Assembly: GCF_000315625.1 (NCBI RefSeq)
Contig: NW_005434661.1
Coordinates: forward strand, 236,878 to 300,877
Reading direction: 5' to 3'
Length of the DNA stretch: 64,000 bases
DNA from: Guillardia theta CCMP2712
Taxonomy: Eukaryota > Protista > Cryptophyta
The position numbers and the translations under genes were made by a program. Numbering within the stretch: the first letter of the stretch is position 1; the number at the start of each line of letters is the position of its first letter. This document shows positions 35,701 through 45,865 of the stretch, one piece after another. The notes beneath the pieces are model-generated. The model searched no databases. It was not told the DNA's origin and saw only the letters and a list, made by a program, of their open reading frames with translations.

Positions 35701-38117
35701 CTATTCCCCAGCTCCTCCCCTGTCACGTTGACCACGGACAGGTTCCCACTATTGGTGGCGTTCAAGTCTGACTGCACCTCCCCCGAGACGTTCAGCTGGG
35801 GCTGGGGACAAGCTGGGTCTGCTGTCATGTCGATGTTGACCTCGAGAGCTCCCACGCATTCCTTCTTCCCGTTCCAGCAGTCGATCACCCCGTCCCCCAC
35901 GAAGCCCCTCCGACAGTGGCAGAGGAAGGAGCCTGGGGTGTTGACGCAGACGGCGTCGTCATGGCATGAGTTCACTCCCTCAGAGCACTCGTCGATGTCG
36001 GTGCAGGCCCCTCCCTCCCCCAGGTTCACCTGGTAGCCGGCCGGGCACAGGCACTCGAAGTCGCCGTACACATTGTTGCACTGGAGGGGCTGGCTGGAGG
36101 AGGAGGACAAGGGACCGCAAACCCCCGCGTCCTCAGCACATTCATCCACATCCTCACACCTGTACGCCGACTGGTTCGCGGCGTACCCTGGGCTGTTGGC
36201 ACAGGTGCACTCGCACTGCGTTTCCTCGCCCGTGAGGTCGCAGGGATCGCAAGGTTTCAGCGCTGTCATGTCTCCCTCCCCGTGCCCGCGGCAGACCGGC
36301 AGGGAGGAGCTGACGACCCCAGCACGGGCCTGCAGCTGCATCTTGTACTCGGTCAGCTGGACGTTGCGCTGGTCGGGCAGCCTGACTTGGCAGGTCCTTC
36401 TCCCCCACTCCTCGTACGCGTGCACCAGCCTCAGGTAGCAAGGAATCCCGTCGCTCATGCACATGTAGCCCGTCCTGCACTCGCAGTCTGCTTCGAACCG
36501 CGCTCCAACTGGGCTTCTGCTGTTGGGCGGGCATCGCAAGCAGGAGGCGCTCACCGGGTACTCTGCAAGCGTGTGGATGCTCTTGCTCAGCTGATCCTCA
36601 ACTCTCCTGCGAGGAGACAGGAAGGCGAACTCGTCCTCCGAGCAGAGCAAGCACTGGTCCCACGGCAGCTCGATCACCCCCCCGTTCGAGCCGACGAACC
36701 CCTCGTTGCACACGCAGCTGCGAGGAGATGGGCTGGCGGGTGGGCTGGTGGAGTTTGCGGGACAGTCGAGGCAGCGGTAGGAGCCTGGGCCGGAGAAAGT
36801 CCCAGCAGGACAAGGCTGGCACTTGTGACCATCCGAGACAAACCCTGCCGAGCAGCAGAAGCCAGCTGTGCAGTTGGGAAAGAACTCCAGGGTGATGTCA
36901 GTGTAGACCGTGCGCTCATCCTGGCACTTGTAGCGGAACAAGTTGGACTGTCTCAGCTCGTGATCGCTGAAAGCTTCATCGATCCATCCGAGCAGAGAGA
37001 ACTCGATACGCACCTGACCGCTGATCAGATGGTCGTCACGAGTGTTGTTGGGAACACGACACTCTATCGTACTCGTGTTGCCCACCCGGTTGCCTACCAC
37101 AGTCTTGTTCTGGTGGGGCTGCAAGAATCGACATAGCAGATCTTCTTTCAACGGAACGTAATCGAAGCCAAACCCCGAGGCCAGTAACGACACAACCTCG
37201 CCCGAGAATCCTGTCTCTGGCCACATGCCGACGATGAGCGGGTGGTTGTACACGGCGAAGGGCAGTGATGTGTTGGGGATGGCGTCGACCCCGTTGTAAG
37301 TCAGAGAGAGGAAGTCGCGGCCGCGCGGCAAAGCTGGAGTTACGCAGGTGGCCGTCTCGTTGTCGAGCAGCGCGGCAGCGAATGTGATTCCTCGGAACAT
37401 GCACCGCACCTTCCCGCTCAAGAAAGCGTCGTTGAGCGGGAAGTTCGTCCCGTGAATCGTGATGATGATGCGTCCAGTGACCGGAGAGGCCTTGGGCTGC
37501 ACAAGGTACGTTGAAACCGTCAAGTCATTCAAGTACAGGAACGATGTCGCGCCGGATTTGATCGTGAAATATTCGGAGTGCAGCCACAAGTCTGTGGTAC
37601 CTTGGTGCATGGGCATCAACGTGCATGCGAGTGCTGATGGCGCTGTCCTTGTCGCTGCGAGCTTGTCGTAGACCTCCGGCGCTCTCCTCACCCAGCACTC
37701 GATGGGACCAAGAGCAAGAGCCATGTCTAAGTCCATCCCCGAGACATCTACGATCACCCTTGTCCCGCCAGCGATGGAGCCAGAGGATGGAGTGAGAGAC
37801 GCTATCCTGCAGGGGCAACCGAGGTCGCGCAGCGTTTCTATGTCCTGCTGGATGGATGTAGTGACTGCCTCCAAGCTCGAGGCTCTTTCTATCATACACT
37901 CAGTGCAATCGTTGCCAGCGCAGCACTCTTGGGGCATTGCATCCTGCCTGTAATGGCTCGGATATGAATCGTCCCCGCTGAGGTATCGACGCTGATTGAA
38001 GGCTTCGACCAACTGTCGTTTCGCCGCAGAGATGTCTCCTTCGATGCCAACAGCCCCCGTGAGGTGCAAGAGAAGGATTAACGTGAGAAAACTTGTTTGA
38101 ATTCTTGTTGTGCACAT
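29800..38117 (-). CDS. Giant secreted Cys-rich glycoprotein (>2600 aa): IPT/TIG, Ca-binding EGF, ephrin-receptor-like (GCC2/3) repeats, FN2, two PLAT-like domains, N-glycosylation repeat arrays
   Basis: Signal peptide; IPT ([25 protein letters not shown]); many DVDEC...[15 protein letters not shown] repeats; CPAGTFS...C..CP repeats; CGDG...CDD.N..SGDGCS repeat. One ~7 kb exon (31059-38117), then exon ~30246-30943 and uncertain terminal exons. Confidence 0.9.
33735..34065 (-). repeat. Coding tandem repeat, 33 bp x 10 ([10 protein letters not shown][I/T])
   Basis: Ten near-identical units read directly from the DNA and the translation. Confidence 0.95.
35360..35746 (-). repeat. Coding tandem repeat, ~129 bp x 3 (43-44 aa, [43 protein letters not shown])
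   Basis: Three near-identical units. Confidence 0.95.
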
Positions 38118-38614
38118 TGGGTGCTCAAACTGAAGAGTCTTGGATTATGATTCAGGGGAGAGAAACTGCCTTGCTCAGCATGCACAAAAGCTTCCAGAAG
38201 GGATGCGATGGAAGCGGTCGAATATTCGAAACCGAGCTAAAGAATACTGGTGAGATAGAGGGGAAACCGTGACAAATGAAATGATGCAGGAGGAGCTGTA
38301 GCCGACCGTGGGTTCAGAGAGCAGATCGTTATCAAACCAGCTCTTAGATGCGATATTGAGAACCTCGTTTCAGTCAGAGAGCAACGAACGACGACCGGAG
38401 GCAGTGGTGATTGAGAGGAGGGAATTGGAGATTCCTAGGAAGTGGACAGATGGAGGAAGAGTGAGAAGGGCTACAAAGAGGACAAGATGACGCAAAAGGG
38501 GGGGAGAAGGGGAGGAGGAGCACTTATCCGATCGTCAGAGTCTCGCCATGACGCGTTCGCTTGGTCGAAAAGTCAAGCAACCGTTGAAAATGGTTATAAC
38601 AGTTACATGCGTTA

Positions 38615-38860
38615 TAACCGGAGGGTGAGTCCGACTCGGCACCCGGCCGGCGGCCGGGCGCCGCTGACCGGACTCGGCCCGGCCGGGCGGTCGGCCGGGC
38701 CCTCCGTGACGACTCCTGCCACTCGGCCGGGCGCCGACTCCGGCGGAAGCCTCGGAAGCCTCGGAAGCGGCCTGTTCCGGAAGCAGAGCGGCCGCTGTAG
38801 GCCGCCACTGATGTTGACGTGTGGCGGCACCGGCCCGGCTGTGGTCCGACGGTTGGTGAC
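38615..38860. other. CCGG-dense GC island (copy 3)
   Basis: About 13 CCGG, with GACTC/GAGTC motifs; upstream of the giant EGF gene. Confidence 0.6.
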
Positions 38861-39139
38861 TTGACGGAGCACAAGTTCTGCAGACATCATATCAACTTTA
38901 GTTGTAACAAGACAGTTTTTGCTCAAGACCGAGTTTAATGCACACAAAACCAGAATTGAGGAGCACATGAGAGATAGACTTAGTATGCTAGGATGTGAAA
39001 CCCAAGCATCCAGACATGAGAGGACCTTAGCAAGACGGCTAGGAAAGCCCCCTCTTCGTCCCACACGCTGCATCGGCCGCCTTGACACGTAAGTCGTCTT
39101 GGCCCAAGTTTACAGGAGAGTTTTTGTTAAGCGGGAGGC

Positions 39140-39445
39140 TCGGCGCTATATGACGCCTGGCACGGCTGGCATACGCTCCATCATGACTAGCCGCCGGCCG
39201 CGCCGCCCGGCGCCGGCGGTCCGATCAACGCCGGTGATCGGCGGGACCGGGGCCCGGTCTCCCGGAGTCCCGGGGCGGCGCGCCCAGCCCGCCCACTGGG
39301 CCATCACCGCCGGCCCGCCGTTCGCGCGGTGAAGGTCACTGTCGGACGGCCCGAGCTGCAATGCCATGAAATAGAGTCCGGGGCCCTGACCGTACCGCCT
39401 CAGTGATCCCGGCGGCGGCGCGGCGCAGATCATCGGATTCGAGTC
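39140..39445. other. CCGG-dense GC island (copy 4)
   Basis: About 11 CCGG, ending in GATCATCGGATTCGAGTC. Confidence 0.6.
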
Positions 39446-40144
39446 TCTCTACTGTTTGATGATTTCGAAACAGTTATCTGTCTCTCAGTGCTATTTCATA
39501 TTACGTGTAGTATCATCAGTCATGTATAGTTCTCTTGGAGCCAAGCTTGTCAGTGCCACTGGTCAATCGGCATTCTATACAGACCCTTTGTATGTAAGGT
39601 CTCTTACATGAGTGAACATCGGTTTTTTGTATTTGATCTGACCGTGATAGTGTCTTCAAAACGGATGAATTGCAACGATGAAATTGGATGGAAATTCGCC
39701 TGTCTCATCTCATCAGATGCATTGATAGCGCCATCGTGTTGTATGCATGTAAGGTTCGGACGTTACGAATTCTCTGCGTAAGAAAGTAGCCTGCGTTTGT
39801 GCGCAGTATACGACAAGTAAAAGTACAGACTTCCATCTTCTAGTTCTCAATCTTTTCTCGTACAGACTTCTATCCTCCAGTCAGTCCTCCATCATTTCTC
39901 GTCCTGATCCTACTCGTAGCTTCGTCCCTCTACATTATGCATCAACTAAAGCTGTGACTCTGTGAGGAAAGGAAAGGCGTCTGTTGGAAAGCCATCAAGT
40001 GTTGCTTGAGCGGCAGGACCAAGAAGACTGAGCAAGGCAGCAGCTAAGGATGTCGGAGGAGGGAGAGGAGGGAGGGAGATAACGAAAGTTGGATGTAAAA
40101 GGAAACAAGGGAAGCATCAGGTACGATTTACGTGCTACACCTGC

Positions 40145-40545
40145 ATTTTGCTCACCCCACCCCGTTCATGTCACTACCCCACCTCCCACAGGAATGTCTT
40201 ATCTGTCCTACCCCACGTTGCTATGAGATTTTTGCCTATCACTAGTACAATATACACCTACCCCTACAGGAGTGGACCCTACCACATACTCCTACCCTAC
40301 CATGCTGCTCAACCAATGACCCCACCCAGGTTCCTTGTGACTCGTCGGGCAATTGGTGATGTGAGGTAGGAGAGGGTGGGGTACTTTATTGGTCTGGGAG
40401 GGGGTATTGAGTACCCCTGGGAAGACTTGTCTTAAAAAAAAGGTTTACATATATATTAATTTGATTTCATAAATTCAAATATTAAGAGATAATTTCAAAA
40501 TATCAAGTATCCTTGAAATGTAATGTGAATTTAAAACTTTTAAGC
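40145..40545. promoter_or_regulatory. Intergenic TACCCC element with AT core (copy 6), upstream of the transporter
   Basis: actaccccac, cctaccccac, cacctacccctac, gggtggggtac; AT core 40430-40542. Confidence 0.5.
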
Positions 40546-40805
40546 CGTGCCATGTGGCGGGTAAACCTGGGGACGGGGAGAGTGGGGGAAAGGAGCGGAG
40601 AAGGAGAGGAGAGAAGGAGAGATGAGATGAAAGACTGAGAAGGATATGAGAGGGAGATACAACAGCAAGTGAGAAGCCCTTGGAACGAGAAGCTCCGGTG
40701 ATCTGACTGTCCGTGCAATGGCACGAGCGCCACTCACCTTGATTGCAGGGGAGCGCATTTTCGGAACTTGGGCGCTCTGTCACAGAGTCTGCTGAAGAGC
40801 TCAAG

Positions 40806-42692
40806 ATGAACGCAATCACCATCATTGCTCTTTACTCGATATGTTCGTCGTGTATGCTTGTGGTCAACAGGGTATGCGAATGCGAATACATTCCTGGCGC
40901 TTGAGAGGCATTTACCTTGCTTGCAGATATGTCTTTCCTACATTCCTGCTGCTTCATACATTGCATGGTAAAACGTTGGAGGCTCCCTCCTATGTCTCTG
41001 AACACTTTCCACCAGCTTTCAGATGGCATTTACTGTGTTGGTGATCCTTATCGGGTAAGATTTCTCTGCAGCAGCTTGATTGGGGCTGACTGCTAAATTG
41101 CGTTCAGGGCATCGATGGGGCTTTGTGAAGTTCAGGCCCTCAGCTCAGACGGCAGGTACGGACGATGATCCTGTTGGATACGGTGGTAATAATCCCCCCC
41201 CCCTTCTCCCCCTAGGTCGTACATGGCAGCGTATTCAGTGGGTTTCGCACTCAGCATCTACTTCACTCTGCGCGCTCTGGAGGTGATGCCCAGTGCGCTC
41301 CCTTGATGTACACATGACTCAGCCCTTCAGACAACCAACATGGAGACTCTCATTGTCTTTAGGAGCTGCAACCCGCTCATTCTGGTCTTGTGCGATTACT
41401 ACTTCTTGAATCGAGATTGTCCATCCGTCCGGGCCATCTTTGCCTTGATGGTAATGCGCTACCCTCATGGGACTTGAAGTTGTGATGTTCATGATGTTTT
41501 CTGATTTCCTCAGATTATTGCTGGGAGTGCAAGTATGTATATTGTACATGACAAGCAGCTGAAAATGGATGGATGGATAAGCTATCTTTACGTGAACTTG
41601 TTTTGCTGCGGTGGGATATGTACCACTGATTCATTCTCGACAGGTTGGTTTGAACAGTCTGACCTTGGTGAGTAAATGATACGACAGAGTGAACATCTAA
41701 TTTATCTCAGATATTTGTCATGACGATCGGCAAGACCGTCACAGACAAATGCACTTTGACCACTACAGGTAGCTTTCTTTGTGCGGAACTCGTTTGGCGT
41801 TCTCCCGTCATCCATTGATGAGAATGCATGCAGGACAAGTGTTCTATTCGAATATGTTCTCAGTCCTTCCGATGCTGGTAGATCATTCCCAGTTTGCTCT
41901 TCTCCAAAGTGTGACCGGTTGACGTCGCTCTCCAGTGCCTGGGCTGGCTGACTGAGGAGCAAGTGGAATCGAAGATGATCCACACCAAGAGCATGGTGTT
42001 CCTTCTGATCTCCAGCGTAAGATGATGGATGTCTTTCTGTTCATGGGACTCAGTTGATCAAATCAGATCGTTGGTTCCTCCATCAGCTACTTCGGCTGGA
42101 GATGTAAGTTCAGCTAGAATCTTACAATATATTTGTCTGTGGCTTACTTTTTTCTCACAGGCAGAGAGTTGGTGTCGGTAAATCTCGTCCTTGACCATCT
42201 CATCCAAGGTCTGTTATGTCTGATACTGTGACGCAGGCAACGACCTACACCGTTGTTGGGATCATGAACAAAGTTTTCACGGTGACTTGAGTCTTGATGT
42301 AAGTTAGGGGATCCTGACTGTGCGGCACAGGAGGGTCTTAACTGCGTAAGCAGTCTTCATGCATCCATCTCAACTTCCCTTTGAATCTTTGAATGCTGCA
42401 GCTTTTCCTCAACAGCACGGCCTCGCAAGAAGGAATCTTCTGGCTCTTTGTCTGCATTCTAGGTGCGATGAAAGTCTTTCCTGGTCATTCTTTGACCAGC
42501 CGAACTGCAGGTGGACTGTTTTACGAGCAGGCTCCCAAGAAAGCCACTGCTGAAGCTGAGGATCCGAACGGAGAAGCTGGGGAGGTCAAGGAAGCCCTCC
42601 TTCAGGAAGAAAAAGAAGTATCGGTCGAGATGCAATCGATGAAGGAGGAAACAAAGGAAGAAACAAAGCAGGATTCGAAGGAGAACTCTTGA
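40806..42692 (+). CDS. Nucleotide-sugar (GDP-mannose/GDP-fucose, GONST/VRG4-like) transporter, many short exons
   Basis: MNAITIIALYSICSS; SIYFTLRAL; TNMETLIVFR; CDYYFLNRDCPSVRAIFALM; GSSISYFGWR; ATTYTVVGIMNKVFT; GIFWLFVCILG|GGLFYEQAP; acidic tail. Confidence 0.8.
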
Positions 42693-43380
42693 TGTCAGCA
42701 CGCGAGCTGTTCAGGGTACAAGGTTGCCTGAGGCTTTTGGGGGATGCAAAAGTTTTGATGGAAGGGTTGATGTGAGGGAGTGGAATCATCTATCTCAAAT
42801 CGAGGCGAACCGAAACAGAGGGTCAGCAATCGTGTACAATCGGAATCACAGGGGATTTGTGTCGGATACGACTGTATGGCTCCATCTTTTCATCTTTTTT
42901 CCTGAATTGAGAATTTTGCCTTTCTCTTGCCTTTCTCTCTTTTCGGTTCGCTTTCATGGTTTCTCTTTGGTCAATCTTCACGCTGACTGGTGGACACATG
43001 TGTACACATACTATGGATTTGCGCTATGAATGGAGACTTGTACCTTGCCTCTTGCAAGCAAGGTGAAAGTACCTCAGATGCGAGGGGGTTGTTCAAGACA
43101 AAGTCTCCATTGTGTCAATTTTCAGAAACTTTTCTGCAAAATTCATTTCAAAAGAATTCAATTAAAACAAGTTGTATGTCTTTGGGGGACATAATGAGGC
43201 CTGATAGTCTCGACGGCAAGATAATAGAGTGCTGGGTATCAGACTGACATGTAGCAGCAGTTGTTTACCCGCCGATGAGCTAGATAACAGCAAGTGTATC
43301 CTGAGACTTGATGATAGAAGAATGCCGGCGAGGATGAGCAGCCGTAGCTCCTTGCTCCCCCCCCCCCTTCATCTCTCCCC

Positions 43381-44346
43381 TCAGTTCCATCCGAAGCGAT
43401 TGAAGTATTCGACACAGGGGAGCTGATGCCTGGACTGCGTGTCCGAGATCGAGCTGATGCTCATGTTCGGGTGCCTGGAGAAGTGCATGGGGTCAGGCAC
43501 GAAGGGGTAGTAGAACCGCTGGATGCCCTTCTTGTACAGGTACCCTGACAGCCAGACATCGTCATGGAAGAAACATCCTGAGGGGAGTTTCTGCAAGTAT
43601 TCGAAGATGTCGCTGCCGAAGTACCGAACCCGGTACGCTATCCCCGTGTACCCCATCAGCCATCCATAGCAGGGGATGATTCTATCCTCCGCGTACCAGC
43701 CCGCCTTGGCAAGGATGCCATGAGGGAACCCAAGGGTCACCATGCCATGGATCGGCATGAGGGGAGGGAGCTCTTGGCAGAGACCACTCAAGCTACCTTC
43801 GGCGGGCATGTGGTATCGGAGAGCTGCGAGCACCTCGGGCGAGTACTCGCAGTCATCGTCAAGGGTGACCACCAGTGTCTCGGGATCCTTCTCTACCTGC
43901 AGAGCTCCCAGCAACTTCGTTGCAGGCCCGAAGTCTCTGTCGAGGAAGTGAAGATAGTAGAGTCTGTTGGCGTAGTCGTGACGTTTTCCTTTCACCTTCT
44001 CCAGGGGCCCAGTGGTGGAGCCCAGCGCAGCCACCAAGGACTCGACGTCTCCTGCAGTGATGTTTCCAAACCTCGTGTAGAGCGGCATGTTGACTACGAT
44101 CCTGTCGGGCCTCAGCGACTGCTTCTCGATCGACGGCAGCGATCTGCGCAGATAGTCCACTCGCCCTAGCAGGGAACTGACGGAGACTACCAGGCGAGTC
44201 CTGGCGGCGGACCCGGCAGCTCCTCTGTCCTTGCTGACCGTCGACTTCACATGGGGGCGGTACAAGGGGATGATGAGGCACAGGTAGAGCGGGAAGCAGA
44301 GCGCGAGCGTCGCCAGCATGAGCACGCAGATCCGTCGCGACTGCAT
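43381..44346 (-). CDS. Type II membrane GT-A fold glycosyltransferase, intronless
   Basis: N-terminal TM anchor, RLVVSVSSLLGR, QSLRPDRIVVN, DFGPATKLL, VVTLDDD (DxD) and HDDVWLSGYL. Confidence 0.85.
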   Translation of the reverse strand: MQSRRICVLMLATLALCFPLYLCLIIPLYRPHVKSTVSKDRGAAGSAARTRLVVSVSSLLGRVDYLRRSLPSIEKQSLRPDRIVVNMPLYTRFGNITAGDVESLVAALGSTTGPLEKVKGKRHDYANRLYYLHFLDRDFGPATKLLGALQVEKDPETLVVTLDDDCEYSPEVLAALRYHMPAEGSLSGLCQELPPLMPIHGMVTLGFPHGILAKAGWYAEDRIIPCYGWLMGYTGIAYRVRYFGSDIFEYLQKLPSGCFFHDDVWLSGYLYKKGIQRFYYPFVPDPMHFSRHPNMSISSISDTQSRHQLPCVEYFNRFGWN

Positions 44347-44429
44347 GGCGGGTCACCCGGCAGTCCCTTGAAGCACGATTATGAGAGTCGCATCCGATGA
44401 TCACTGATCTCAGAGTCGTTTTTATACCA

Positions 44430-45375
44430 GATGGGATGGTACAAATGATCAGTCAATTTTGTACATACTCCAGTACAATTTACTGGATCTCTTCAGTACA
44501 AATGGTTTATTAGATGATTTAAAGTTACAAAAAATTGACTAGGGTTCAAGAAGACTTGTACCCTTGGTCGACAGCATGGTACTGATTTATAATTCTCCTG
44601 GTAATGATTTTTGACTTAACTTTGAGTAAAGATTTATACGACGAGCATCGCTGAAGTTCGAAAGTTTGGGAGCTCGTAATCTAACGTTTTGAAGTTTGAA
44701 AGTTTCATTTGACTCAAAGTTTGCCCCTTGTAAGGCAGCAGCATTTCTTAGGTTCTCAATTAGCCTCCCATCAGGGCAGCACCACCCTCTGGTGGGGTAC
44801 ATGAGTATCGAAGAGGGGGTAGGGGTAGAATTATAGCATGGTTGTTCTCAATTTCCGGTGGTCATGTGGGGTGGGGTGCGCGGATGGTTGAAAATTCAAA
44901 TGGAAGAGGTGGGGTGGACCCTATTTCGGATAGGTGGATACCGGTACTTTTAGCTCCAAAATGTTTATAATGATAGGGTGGGGTCTCTAAATTGAGTGGT
45001 AGTAATAGAAATTTGTAATAGGTGAGGAGGGTACTAGTACAAAGTTCGGAAGGAGTCGGAGAGGCTGAAAATGTAGGGTGGGGTAGTCTATGAACCAGGG
45101 TGATGGTGGATATCAGAGTGGTAATGTCAGATTGACAGGGGCGATCAACCTTTAGGGTGGGTCATACTGGAACAGGGTAGGTGCTTCTGGAAAGAATGGT
45201 ATAGGACCGGTTATTTTTACAGTCAAGAATGGGGTAAATTGCGGATGATGGTGGGTGTTTAAAACTCCGAAACTCACTTGGTAGGTAGGGGTAGTCACTT
45301 TCTGGGTACACTCACCCTGATATGTTTTGTTCTAGGTGGGGGTGCATTCGAGGTGGGGTGGGGTGGGGATGTAGT
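44430..45375. promoter_or_regulatory. Intergenic element (copy 7, longest): GTAC cluster, AT core, G-rich GGGGTA/GGGGTG tract, between divergent genes
   Basis: Six GTAC in 44439-44582; ttttgaagtttgaaagtttcatttgactcaaag core; ggggtaggggtag, gggtggggtag, gtaggtaggggtag. Confidence 0.5.
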
Positions 45376-45865
45376 GTCACCAGAAGAATGGCCTTGATGG
45401 AGTGGCGACTAGGATCGAAGCAGCGGGGGGGGCAATGCATGGAGCGGGTGTAGGGAGCAGGGAAAGAGGAAGCTATCTAGCGATGGCTCATGCGAAACAG
45501 CGAGTTTGCTGTGGAATGAGTGGAATGATAGGAAGACCCAGGGAGGGCAACACGACAGGAGTGCAGGAATACTTTGGAGCAAGAGGATACTAGGGCCCAC
45601 AGGAAGCATGTAGGAGCCATATTGAAGAGACGCTGAAGTGAGTTATGAGGTATACGCGCGTGAAGGCAAGAGGAGACGGGGGGGGGGGAGTGCAAAAGAA
45701 CCAATGGAATGAAGTCTCCAAACGTCCGTCCTCGAGAAGAAAGGGATGGGTCGCAGCGTAGAGAATGAATCGGAGAGCGCATGCAACAATGTCAGGAGTG
45801 TCGTGATGTATTGGACATGCAAACGAATGAGAGGGAGATGAGTTACACGAGGGAAGGGTGCTGGG

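Noticed and set aside
39522-39965. Small three-exon gene on the plus strand
   Set aside because: Splice-like signals exist, but the donor/acceptor combinations I tried from ATG 39522 hit in-frame stops.
44810-45375. GGGGTA tracts as interstitial telomere
   Set aside because: The motifs are dispersed and degenerate, never a tandem array.
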